This document shows positions 24,031 to 36,256 of a DNA stretch of 64,000 nt, piece after piece. The DNA comes from Lama guanicoe (Eukaryota). The stretch covers positions 4,206,677 through 4,270,676 of the forward strand of contig MU054117.1 in the NCBI GenBank assembly GCA_013239625.1. Direction: 5' to 3'. Both the position numbers and the translations under genes were made by a program. Each line of letters begins with the position of its first letter. The first letter of the stretch is position 1. The notes below the pieces were generated by a model. That model ran no database searches and was not told the DNA's origin. It saw nothing but the letters and a program-made list of their open reading frames with translations.

Positions 24031-24901
24031 CTGTACCAGATACTCTGTAACAACCAGATGAGGAAGCAGGGAATCTGCGTTTAACTGGTTTCCCAGGCGA
24101 TTCCAGTGTGCTGCTGGAACTGGGAACCTCTGCTTAAACTCAAGGGGCACAAGTTGAAATGCGTTAGGGTAAAGGGACATAGTGGAAATGTGAGACAACA
24201 GGGAATGTTGGGGGTTCTGGGGAACTAGAAAGCGTAGGTTCCAACTGAAAATATGCATATTTAATGTTTTAAAAACATCTTTTGGATACTTTTTAAAATG
24301 TCTATTGGCTGAAATCTTCCCTCCAGTTACCAGTTTGCAACATCCGTGACTGTCCACATGCCTCTTTAAAATGGGGTGCCAGAATTGAGCAGAGTGCCAC
24401 AGAGTGGACTGACCACTCAAGTGGGTGACACCGTAATCACCTACCTCTGTACCCAAGTCCGTTACTTCAGGGTGAGACAAGTTCATGTCTGGCAATATAC
24501 TGAGAGCTCATGTTTAGCTGTGGCCAACTTCCCACTTCCTCCCCCGTCTCTGTCACACAGTCGCCTGCCAAACCAGGTTCCTTTGGCCCTGTACCATGTT
24601 AACTGCCTTTCCATTTACCACTGTTAAATGTCGCCTGTTGGTTTTGACTCAAGGTTCCTTCTCGTCAAGAACACTTTGGATCTCGATTCTGTTCTCTTTC
24701 AAGGAACCAGTGGAAAATTCGATGTGTGCCTCCCCTTCTCAAGGACCCAAAATCTGTGACTAGACCCCAAGACACAGCTGCCTGACTGATGCTGGCCAAT
24801 CAGTGCTGCCTTCTTCTTCATAATCTCTTCCCCCAGGAGAACAGAGAACAGAAGGAGATGAAGCACAAACAGGTAAACCCAGCTGTTAGAGAGGATCGTG
24901 G

Positions 24902-25045
24902 TGGGGGTGGTTATAGTTCAGTGGTAGAGCACATGCTTAGCATGCATGAGGTCCTGGGTTCAATCCCCAGTTCCTCCATTAAAAAATAAATAAAATAAAA
25001 TAAACGATTTTTAATAATCAAAAAAAGAAGAGAACTTAAAAAAAG
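24902..25045 (+). mobile_element. tRNA-Ala-derived SINE (Vic-1 type) with A-rich tail and TSD
   Basis: TAGTTCAGTGGTAGAGCACATGCTTAGCATGCATGAGGTCCTGGGTTCAATCCCCAG; TSD agagaggatcgtgg (24888-24901) vs agaaaggaccgtgg (25046-25059). Confidence 0.9.
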
Positions 25046-25489
25046 AGAAAGGACCGTGGCAGAAGGCCAGGGGATGGTGAATTTGCGACCTGTGTGTGGA
25101 TTTCATATACACGTCCCCATGAAACCCCTTCCCGCTCATCGCCCCAGGTAACAGGTGACATTGAAAATGGAGACAACGGGCCACCCTAGAGCAGGGCTGT
25201 GGGCTCACTGCTCCTGCCTGGCTTTCACTCAGAAGCCCCAGCTCTGCTGCTAATTACCCGTGTCCTCAGGCTACTGGGCTGTCTTCCCCAACTTCGGTTT
25301 CCTCGTCTGAGGTCTCGTCTCCCAGAAGCTCTGCTCCTTCTTTCACCCAGGCGCCCTCTCTCCACCAGAGACCCAGCCTGGGCCTCATTTCCACGAGGCC
25401 TTGCTTCACCCTGGCTCTGACAGACTCCTGGGAAAAGCAGTTAGGGGAACTCTGTCTACCCCTCACGTAACGTTCTTCAAGTCTGATCT

Positions 25490-25995
25490 CACCAGTTCCG
25501 TACTTAAAACCCTCCCGCATCACTTACGCTAAGTATTTAAGGCTGATGATCTGTTGCCGCCAGGCCTTTCCCACCTCGCACCCTGCCACTCCCTCACCCC
25601 CAAGAAAACTCTTCATTCCAGCCACATTCTGCTCCTTGCAAGCCCCTGAATGAGGTGCTTTTCCAACCCTTCCTGCCTTAATTCACGCTGATCTCCCAGC
25701 CCAAATGCCCATTCCCCTTTTACATCAAGTCCTTATTCAAACCTCAGCTCAGTCATTGCATCTTCCAAGAGGCCCTCCCCCGACTGATTGGGGGCCCCTC
25801 TTGTTCCCCCGGAGCACGTCCTGTCTGAGTGCTCATCACGCATCTGTAAGGAAGAAGCCTTCTTTTCTCCAGGTTGACCGTAAGCTGCTTGAGGGCCAGG
25901 ACTTTTCAGCACCACCGCCTGGACAGTTCCTGCCACAGTGCAGGCGCGGGTTGAAGCACTGGGTGTTCTAATTAACAAGTCAAAGGATGAACAAG
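25490..25995 (+). mobile_element. L2 3' fragment
   Basis: cttaaaaccctcc...tcaaacctcagctcagtcattgcatcttcc...gaccgtaagctgcttgagggccagg, the L2 terminal pattern. Confidence 0.6.
25905..25930 (+). promoter_or_regulatory. Candidate non-canonical RE1/NRSE (REST) site
   Basis: TTCAGCACC, 7-nt spacer, then GGACAGttcc; motif match only. Confidence 0.35.
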
Positions 25996-27411
25996 TCACA
26001 GCATGCGGTCCCGGTCCTGGCCTGCCAGCCCAGCTTAGGTTCAGGCTCCTGGACTCTGTATCCCAGCTGGGAGCTCCGTGTCAGACATCCTGGGGTGACT
26101 CCCCTGGCCTCCCTCAGCTCCCCATCCTCTTTCTAAGTCCTCTCCCCTAGCAGGACAAGTTAAATGGAAGAAAGACTAGGACATCTCCCCTCCTCTGTCC
26201 CTACACAACAGCCTCACAACCAAGGAGGAACCTCACTCCCAGACTGCTGCCCAAGAGAGGCCCTCTGGTGCCTGGAATCCAAGACGTCGGGAAGCCTGGA
26301 GAAACATCAGTGAGGAGATCCGTCCTGGCCAGCCCTCACCCAGCCTCTCTCCTGCAGTTTGCTCACTGCTTGAAGTCCTCAGCCCACTAGCTGTTTACTT
26401 CTCAACCCTGAGCTCAAGGGCATCTGCAGTTTAGCCGGAGCCGGAGCCGCGGACAGACAAGGCTGCGTTCTGCTAGACTTGCAGGAGCATAAACAGCCTG
26501 CCAGGCCTAACTGTGCAGGCCCTCCCCAGCACCACCCACCCTGAGCCTATCAACTCCTCCATCGCTTTCCAAGACCACCTCCAGCAGGCCTGGAGCATGG
26601 CACCCTGTCCCCAAGCCCAGAAGACATCCCTAGGAGTGACTGGGTCTACGATAGCTGGGGTGCACTGGCAAGGAAAGGAGATGGAAGGAAAAGGGGTTAG
26701 TAGGGGAGGGTTATTGGGGGAAAGGGAAGGAGAAAGTTCAAGGGGACCAGAGAGGTTTAGAGGGAGTTGCCCACAGCTGTGAAGTCTGGAGATAAATCTC
26801 TCAGGCCCTGGGGGCTTGGGGAGGGCTGAGGAGACAGCCTCGGGGGAGCTGTCACAGCTGGAAATACCCTCCAGGGTCAGGCTCCAAATGATGGTAAACT
26901 GCACTGGCCTGGCACACCCACTGCCCCTCCACCCATAAGAAAGGAGAAAGAAAAGAAAAGGAGGGCAAGTTGGACAAGTCCTTGAGAGTCCCTCTCCTAA
27001 GGACTGTCTGGCTCTACCACCACCACTCCTCCTTCCAAAAGCATCTTCACTTACATAGAATCATGCCCAGGTCTCCAGGGAGGAAGGCCAACACCACAGG
27101 AGGGGGAAATGTACAGCAACGGAGTTCCGATCGGGGGTGCGGTGCTGGGCGGGCTCCCTGCTCATCATCCCTGGTGGGGAGCCCACTATGCATCTCACCC
27201 ACCCTCATGGCTCCCTGGAAACTATCATCACCTTTCACAGACAGCTCCGAGCTGCCCCTCTGGCCCACAGCACCTCCATCACCCACAGTCTACCTGGAGA
27301 GTCTATGCTCCTGGACGACGTGCAGATAAGAGCCCCAGTTACCATGGAGAGCAAAGCGCTAAAGGCAACACACCATGACAACAAGGCAGAAAGACCCGTC
27401 CAGTCCTCCTG

Positions 27412-27479
27412 TCTCTCTCTCCCTTTCTCTCTCCCTCTCTCTCTCTCTCTCTTTCTCACACACACACACACACACACAC
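27412..27479 (+). repeat. Compound (CT)n(CA)n microsatellite
   Basis: Direct reading of the sequence. Confidence 0.88.
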
Positions 27480-28489
27480 GCATGCACCAACCCTCAGAGC
27501 TATTTGCGGCAGCAGACCCCAGGCTGGGCCTCTGGGCCTCCTGGAGAGTCAGCTGGCCCTCACGCCAGGTCCCCTGCCATGCAGCTGCCATCCACCCTCC
27601 AGGCCAGCAGCCCCTGAGATCCTGAGATGCCACGCAGACTTTTCCACTCGTCCAGGCTAAGTGCCTCTGATATACACCATGTGTCCCCACAGGAAAACAC
27701 ACCCTCGTCAGCGCTACAAAACGCTCCAGATGTGATCAAAGCCAGAGAGGCAAGAGAAAACAGAGATGGTTTGTTCAGGATGGGGGAGAGGCTGAGGGAG
27801 GGAAGAGAAACATCCAAGGATGTGGGCGTGGGGGCGCCCCTGGGCAGGGATGAGTCCAGTGGACGGAGTCCAGAACCGGGGTCCAGTCCCAAGTTCAGTG
27901 TGCCCCTGGTGAGACCCTGGGTCTTGCCCCCAGAGCAGCTCCAGGCTTGAGTCTATCTGTACAGCCCGGAGAGCGGGCCTGGAAGGGATGCTACAGGTCA
28001 CCTGACCCCACCCCCTCGTTAGGTGAGGAAGGCGGCAGGTAAGCCAGGCTGCCTGGAGCACCACCCACCGCCTCGAATCCCACACGCCCCTCCGCCCCCC
28101 GGCTGGCCACTGTCTGTACGAACCATCAGCAGGTAACAGCAGTACTTACTAAAGGCCCTTACTGGAAGTGGCCTCAGACAACATACCTCGGTCCCTCCGC
28201 CTTGTTAGTCTTGTTAGAGGATTCTGTTGTGGTTGTGGTTTTGGTTTTGGTTTTTACTAAATAAGAGTATGGCTTTCAGGGAACCCCCAGATCTAAAATT
28301 CTGTATCGCCAAGATCTATACCAACACCCGCTTAGAAACCAGATCTATTTTATTCTAAAAGATCCTAGAAACCCCTTAACATCCCATCTGAACACCCGAC
28401 CACATTTGTCCTCAATCGCCCACCACTCACCTTGGGGCCTCGTTCAGGAAGCAGCCCGTGCGTCCCACCAGCACAGCCTTCCTCCCTCG

Positions 28490-28650
28490 AAGTACAGCCA
28501 CGTGGTTAAGACGATGGACTCTGGAATCACACTGCCTAAGATCTGGAGTGAGTGACTTATCTGCTCTGTGCCAGAGTGTCCTCGTCTTGAAAATGGGGAC
28601 AGTGACCATGCCAACTCCACAGGGTTCTCACGAAGATTCACCAGGTGGGG
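28490..28650 (+). mobile_element. MIR SINE fragment (representative; similar relics near 9720-9900, 10700-10870, 19590-19790, 33100-33260, 33440-33560, 43060-43200, 58160-58300 and 61490-61700)
   Basis: gtggttaagacgatggactctggaatcacactgcc...tgaaaatggggacagtgacc MIR core. Confidence 0.65.
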
Positions 28651-29296
28651 TACACCAAGGGCAAGGTGAAAATGGTACCCAGGGAGTGTGGGGTAAGTGC
28701 TGTGTCAGCCATGCCCACTGAGACACCCACTGCTGGTGAACGGGGAAGAGACAGTTCCCCTCCACTGATGACCATCCAGTGAAACCTGCGGGTCAGGCGG
28801 GATGTGGAGGGGGCTCAGAGTCATATGCCCAGAATGGCCACAAGCCCTTTCGCGAGGACAGAGGAATTCAGGAGAAGAAGCCGCTCTTCTTCCCAGAGCC
28901 CCCGCCGGCCCCTCCCTCCTGCCTGGCACAAAGCGCACAATCTCAGGTCCTTTCCAGTGCCCCACAGAGAAGAGCCTCAGGTCCTGTAAAAGTGAAAGCC
29001 AGCCAGCCCGTGTCAGCACCATCCACACAGGTGCACCCACATAAGCCAAACCCCTCCAGGACACGCTCTTCTCTTTAGGATAAAGGCCCAAGTCTTCAAA
29101 CAGCCTACAAGATGCTCCAGGACCTGGTCCCTGCTTCGCACCAGCCTAGTCCTCCTCCCACAGCAAACCAAATGTCAGACACCCCAGGCTCCCTCTTCCT
29201 GCTGTGGGCAGCGTACACTGTGGCAATTTGGCGCCAGACCTAAGATTTCAAACCTCACCTCTTACTTACTAGCTGGGTGACTTCACAATCTCTTTT

Positions 29297-29420
29297 TGAA
29301 TCTGAAAATATATATATACACATATGTATGGATATATATGTATAACTGAATCACTTTGCTGTACACCTGAAACTGACACTGTAAATCAACTACATTTCAA
29401 TCAAAAATAAAATGTGAAAA
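29297..29420 (+). mobile_element. Short L1 3' end nested inside a MIR (~29215-29530)
   Basis: taactgaatcactttgctgtacacctgaaactgacactgtaaatcaac; flanking acaatctctttt and ccagtctctttt form a degenerate TSD; MIR halves on both sides. Confidence 0.75.
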
Positions 29421-29782
29421 CACCAGTCTCTTTTCGTCTCAATTCTTCAAAATGAGGGCAGCAGCACATCTCGACGGGCTGTCGGGAGTGACAGATGCAC
29501 AAACAGCGCCTGGCACCAGGAAGTACCGTGCGCCGTGAGCTACCTTCATAATTCCGCTCATCTTTGCTTTCACTTACGAGTCAAACCTTAGTTTAAATGT
29601 CACTTCCTCAGGGAGGTTGGGCTGCACTGTATCCCCATTACATCCCACACTCCCCCAGTGTTACCCCCTGTCACATCCACAATTAACTCTACATTATTTG
29701 TCTTCCCTGCTAGATCATAAACCCCGTAAGGCCCGTGGTCCACGTACTCCTGGGACAGTCAGGTTTGCACCTGTTGTCTCAG

Positions 29783-30207
29783 TGTGGTAGGTGATGCCAG
29801 CATTTACCAAGTATTGACTCCTCTCCTTTTAAGAAAGAGTACACCTCCTGGTAACAGAGATTTGTGCTTGCCCGTGTTATTGCTTTGGCTGAGGGAGCAC
29901 TAGTGGATTTGATGTCAGCGATGCCTTAAGAGGCACTGTGGGTTTCCCTCCCTTTTCTTATGCTCGCGTGTCTCACCATGAGAGGAACACACCGCAGGTA
30001 GCTTCTGATCTACAGAGTGTACAGACCTGTGGATACCTGAACATAGTCTGAAGCCTGGAGCCAAGCCCAGCCAGCCCCCAGCCTGAAGCAGACCTTTTCC
30101 ACTCAACCTGCAGACTTGAGTAGGGAAAATAAATGTCATTGCTGTTAGCTGTTGATTTCGGGATGGTTTGTTATGCAGCATTATTGTGATAACAGCTGAC
30201 TAGTACA
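29783..30207 (+). mobile_element. MaLR solo LTR (MLT1 family)
   Basis: Ends aataaatgtcattgctgtt...ggtttgttatgcagcattattgtgataacagctgactagtaca, the characteristic MLT1 3' end. Confidence 0.75.
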
Positions 30208-33200
30208 TTCAGTATAACTATTAATATTTCTCCCTTTCACTCTCAAAAGTGCCCCAGGTTAGATGATAAATTATCTAATCACCCAAGGTCAGTTCACATC
30301 TACCTTTTTCATCATTTTTAACTCTAGCACCTAAAACAATATCTAACACAGCATAATAAATATGCTGTTAAACGGAGCTGAATTACATGTTCTCTTAACT
30401 CTCCTTCCCAAAACACTGCATCTTCTTCCCAACTGGATGGTGAGAAGTCTCAGTTTGAGGGCTCTCCTTCTATTTCTTTCACGTTATCCCCCAAGAGACA
30501 CTTCTGGCTGGTTGCTAGATCATCAGGGGGCTTTAATCTCACCACCAGAGTTAAATCTTCAGAGAAGGGCCAATATATCCACAGAGGGGTGTGATCCCCC
30601 AGGATTTGACAGAAAGGAGAAATAAACCGGGAGTAGGCATGGAGAATGAGCAGCCTGCCTGCCTGCCTGTCCGCCCACGGGCTCAGGATTGGGCAGAATG
30701 TCAGCCTTGGGAAGTACAGTCATTTTGTTAGAACTGACAGCAGCTAGGAACCAAGCCATTGCCCTTACCCTCCTTGGGACTAAAATTCCCAAATAAAAAG
30801 TTCAAAATCCCAGTCCTCCAACCTCCTCTCTGAATTTCCTGACTGTGTTCAGTTAACATGGAATGTATAAAAGACACCAACAGGGCCGAGGCAGCAACCC
30901 TGAGTCCTGAGCCCTCAAGGAGGGTTTCCCGAGGCCCCTGGACAGGCTGGGTGATGCAGGCTGAGTGCCACCACCTCTCCATGTCTGAGTCAACCACTCT
31001 GCCAGGGCAGACAGCCACCCTTGGCAGTTACCCAACTACACCTCTGAATACCTTTGAATTCCTTGCAATTGTCCCAAGAAGGTCCTAGAAGACAGCAGCC
31101 TCCCAGGTAGGGATCTCCAAGCTTTTTGTTTTGTTTTGTTTTGTTTTTCTTGCTTATGTCTGTGACTTCCAGACCCACACAAAGCTGTGACTTTCCGTTT
31201 CTAAAACAGAGGCCTGTGCCTGTGCAAAGAGGCTGGGTGTGCCCGTCCAATTAAATTTAGCTGTCTCGTGGTCCTTGTTGTAACGTGTGTTACGCTGTTG
31301 TTATGCAGTGCGTTAAGACATTTTCTGTTTCCGCTGGTTACAGACCCACACGGCATGGGTGGAGGACATCGCTTGAGGGGATATCATTAGCAAGGACGGG
31401 GAGCTCGGGGCTTCCAAAGACACGTGGTGAGACAAGGGCTCACGGGATCAAACCGTGGGGCCGTGTCCATGATAACTCATCCGCAGGCTGGTCCCTTCCT
31501 TTCTCCTAGGGCGAGATCAGTTCCTCGGATCTACCTGAGGTCCTTGCCTCCTACAGACAGGACCGCACCTGCCATCACAGCCAGAGGGTTTGTAGAGGAG
31601 GCGTCAAGATTCCCCCCTCTCTGTCAGGGAGAGGAAGTGCACCGGGTCCAAGTGCTGAACGGCCTGCCCACAGTTCCCAAGGTGGGTAAGTGGAAAACCA
31701 GCCCTCGACGCAGCCACTCTCGCCTCGCAGCCAGGCACGCACAAGTCCTGGATCCTCGCGAGCTCTGCTTTGCCAGCTGCCTGAGTCCCAGAGAAACCAC
31801 TTGACTGCACCTCCTCCTGCCCCCGAGGTCACCATCCCTTTCCCTGGGCTTTCTTCCCGGCGCTGTCTCAAGTATCTCCTCCAACCACTTCCATTAGCCC
31901 CAGGGCTTTCTTCTCAGCCGTCTTCAGCCTCAGCCCACTCTTAAGACTCCCCTTCTGTCAGTATCTCCTGACAAAGAATGCTTCAATCTGAATCTTGTAC
32001 ATCTCCTAAACATATTTCTTCTTTATTTCAAATCTCTGCTTTCTGCTCAGAATTCACCTGTCCCCAAAGTCTCATTTTTTCTCTCCTCAACCAGGCTAGA
32101 GCTAGTTACAAACCCCTTCCAAACCTCTTGCCCACCCGCTGTCCACCACCTTGTCCCTAGCCCTTCTCTGCACAGATCTGTGCAGGGGCTCCCTGTTGGG
32201 TACCATTCTATCTCTGTGGCCTCCATCAGCTCATCTGCGAGCATCCTGGCTCCCATTGCTACACTTCAAGCATCCTGCTTTCCCCCTCTTTTAGCTTTAA
32301 CAACACACCCAGGACAAAGCTCTGCATCCAGTTGATCTTAGATGTAAGGATCGATTCTTGTGTCAGCAGACCCTGGGCTCTATTTTAAGAAAACCCTTTG
32401 ACAGCCTGGATTTCTTGTGACCTCCCAAAACAAGCAAGAAGAACAAAATGCAGCCCCTCCCGGCGATGGCACCTGCTGTGTCACACACACATCTCAGAGG
32501 CCCCCCGAGCACTAGAAACACCATTTCACTCTCACTGCGAAACAGAAAGAAGATATCTCCATGACCACGGCAGACCCTCCACAAAACCCCACACCTACCA
32601 GGGGGCAGGCTCCTGGACAGGCTGCGGGCAAGGCTTACCTGGTGCACAACGCTACCTGCGAGGGGTCAGCTTGCTAAACCGGCAGCTGAGACGGAGCCGC
32701 AAACTGAGTCGGGAAGGAAGTTACTCAGCTCACAAAAGCAAGAAGCGAGAGCTGACAATCTGATGACATGGAAGAAGCCAGGGGGAAAAAAAGGACTATG
32801 AAAAGTGAAAATGAGAAACCAAAAACATGGTATTTGAGAGTCACTTAACAAACCGCTCTCTCCAGCTTAACAAGCCTGGCGAGTGACACCTCTCCTGCCC
32901 AGGGATGTTCTGAGGACGACCCCTCACAAAGCAGGGGCTGCCCTGGTCGGTGAGCCCTGCTCCCCCACGGACCACACCAGCTGACCCCGGAGGGCGCTAA
33001 TTGGAAAGATTAACACCAGACAGCTGGAACCCAGCTCGCCTGATGTCTGGCTGGTCGGAGCTGAGTCACCTTCAGCCACGTGGTACGAGGGAAAACACAT
33101 CGTCTCTGGAGTCAGACAGGCCTGGGTTTGAATCCCAGATGGGCTGTCTTGTGGCTTCGGGAAGCTCCTTTCTCACTGAGGTCAGTGTCCCCATCCGTAA

Positions 33201-35546
33201 CATGGAGGAAAGAGCATCTGGCAGGGTCACAGGGAGGCACGGAGCACACATGCAAAGCGCACAATTACAGTGCATTGACTTACAATAAAAACACATTCTT
33301 AGGATCATACAATATTTGTCAAGACTCTTGAGCTAAAGAATTACATAAAGTTCTGCTAGTTTAGGGGATAGTATAATTTTCCCCCAGGGAGCAGATAAAT
33401 AATAACTTTACTTAACCAAACCTATGCCCACTGCCACGCTGTCTGTACAACTTCATCGTAATCCTGGAAACAGTGCTGTGGGGCCGGTAGTAACAGGTGT
33501 TATGCCCCCCATTTCGTAGCTGAGGGAACAGAGGCTCAGGAGAGAATGGCCTGTCCAAACATGACATCACCTGGAATCAAAGAGGGAGACAAAACTGGGT
33601 TCTTCTCATTCTCAACCCACTGCTCCCAGTCTAGAAGGATGTCCCTCAGCAGGTGCCTTGGGATTTGATAAACACTCACTCTGCATGTGAGCAGTCGCTC
33701 GATCCATCTTGTAACTTAGTAAGTGTCGTCCTCGCTCCCTCCCCACTTACTGCCTGGAGAAGGGAGCTCCTGCTCAAGTCTGCTTTCACGTGGGTGCTGT
33801 TCCTCTTCCATCACAGTGCTCTTCCTTCCCTGAACTAGCTCGAGCCTGGCTGGTTTCTCTTTAGGTGTGATGACCTGCTGGACCCTCGAGGTTTTGCTGT
33901 GATTTGATAAATCTCTAAGTGATGTGAACCTACAATGTTTTCTGAGAATGTCTGGGGTCTGTGGGTGCAAAAACACATCAATGGATGTCCCAGAAAGAGG
34001 GGTAGTTCCCCCTTAACAATCTTTGCCGGAGGCAGAGCTGATAGCCCTGAGCCCCCCGTCACAGGTGACTGGTTTGGGGTCACCTTCCCCCCAGGATCTT
34101 TTCTATAGGCTGTTTCTCTACAGCCTCGGTTACTTTTTGAAATTTTTCTCCATCAGTCTGTCCCTTCATTTCCTAGAAAAGCCAAGTAGTCATCCACGCG
34201 CTTGGAGACCTGACTTTGAGCGTGAGCTCCTGGAGGATGGGGGTCGTGCTCAGTCTGCCTCCACCCTCCGGGCGCCAGTGACTGACATCTGGTCAGTGCA
34301 GACGTGTGTCAGCGTAATGCCACCAGGCGAGGTGCGCAGGAGGACCCTGCTCGGAGATTCCCAGGCCTGCGGGTCCTGAAGAGGACGATCACAATCATGA
34401 GGCTCCTTGAAGGCCTCAAGTCACAGCAGGACACGCAGCAAGGGCAGGCGTGTTTTGTGTGCAGGGAAGAACTGCCAGGGACGCAGCTGCGCTTTTCCAC
34501 TATTTAGAGGACTGGCCTCCCCAACGGGACCTCTCGTTCCCTGGAGCTCCTGGGAGCAGAGCTGGACTCAAACGGAGAGAAATCAACAGTGATTCTTGCT
34601 CGAGCTCCGTGACCATTTCTAGTGGCTAGAGATGGCCAGCCAACAAAGAAGCTGCCCCCGAGGGCAGGCGTCCCCACGACAAGAAATACCACTCAGAGGC
34701 TGCGTGTCGGCTAGCCAATGTGCTGGGAGAGGAGGTGGTCAGTCCTTCAGTCCACGGCCGGGCACCGCAGTCAGGCAACCTCTCAGCACCTCCCACCCGT
34801 GCGACATCGTGGTGTGGTCCCAGGGGTTCTGGATAACAGAATTTACTGCACACAAGGGCCAAGGGGACAGGAAGTCTGTCGCCTCTCCTCCATTTTCAGA
34901 CTAATATCAGCTTCTCTCTTCCTTGGGAAACAGGATGTGACATAGGGGAGTCACGGAGGCATTGAGCTGATGGCCGGGCAGCTCGTCCCCTCCCAGCTCT
35001 GGCCGTGCCACACTGGGCGGCCCTGGGGAACAGGCACAGCCTCCCGGTGCCTCAGGGTCCAGCAAGTCCCACACAGCTAACGCTGCAGGAAGGAAGATGC
35101 AAAGTTCGACCTAAAACAGGAGCCCCATCCATGGAAGACAGGGAAGCCACCCTCAGAGGACCGAGATGCCCTTCGGGTGCAGGCTGGGACAGGAGCACCA
35201 CATTCAACTCCACGTCCACCAGCAGCCCCAGGCCGCCTGGCGTCCCTCCAGAGGGTGCAAAGCTGGAGAAGCACGGTCCTCAGTGTGCAGAGGGAGTGAA
35301 GGGGGCGGGGGTGGGCCCTTTTCCCAGCTGTTTTTTATAAACAGGCTGACTTATATCCCAGTCTGCAAAATGGGCCAGAACATAACAGCACAGAACATTA
35401 TCATCCCTGGTTCTGCCTGACATCAGCCAGCCACTGCCAACTTCTCTCTCTCTACTCTGCTCCTACACCCTCAGAGGTAAAATAAAAATATTCTTCAGGC
35501 CCATGAGATATTCTTTCTTTCCAGTCTGCAGAATGTTTCCCAGCTA

Positions 35547-36256
35547 CAATGCAATTTGGTGCAGCCACTATGGAAAACAGAGTGGAGATTCCTTAAAAAA
35601 CTAAAAATAGAGTTACCATATGATCCAGCAATCCCACCTCTGGGCATATATGCAGAGAAAACTCTAATTCGCCACACACCCTAATGTTCACAGCAGCACT
35701 ACTCATAATAGCCAAGACACGGAAGCAACCTAAGTGTCCATCGACAGATGACTGGATAAAGAAGATGTGGCCTTCATATACAACAGATACTACTCAGCCA
35801 TAAAAAAAAAATGAAATAACGCCACTGGCAGCAACATGAATGGACCTAGAGATTATCATACTAAGTGAGATAAGTCAGACAGAGAAAGACAAATATCCTA
35901 TGTTATCATTTATATGTGGAATCTAAAAAAATGACACAAATGAATTTACTTACAAAATAAAAACAACTCACAGATATATAAAATGAACTTATGGTTGCCA
36001 AAGGGGAAAGAGGAGGAGGGATAAATTAGGAGTTTGGGATTAGCAGATACAAACTACTGTACATAAAATAGATAAACAACAAGGTCCTATTGTACAGCAC
36101 AGGGAACTATATTCAACACCTTGCAATAAACCATAATGGAAAAAGAATCCGAAAAAGAACATATGCATGTATATCTGAATCACTTTGCTATATACCAGAA
36201 ACTAACACAACACTGTGAATCAACTCTACTTCAATAAAAAATCAAAATCAAAATCA
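35547..36256 (+). mobile_element. 5'-truncated L1 (end of ORF2 plus 3'UTR) with perfect 15-bp TSD
   Basis: TSD aatgtttcccagcta at 35532-35546 and 36257-36271; patterned (aaaatc)n tail. Confidence 0.93.

Noticed and set aside
23902..24495. 197-aa minus-strand ORF (and the 207-aa ORF at 61903-62526)
   Set aside because: These overlap decayed L1 or LTR relics, have no recognisable domain and no exon-like splice context.
24902..24980. tRNA-Ala gene (also the copies at 7712-7780 and 9985-10055)
   Set aside because: Three diverged copies with A-rich tails, a TSD on at least one, poor acceptor-stem pairing and differing anticodon positions indicate SINEs, not tRNA genes.
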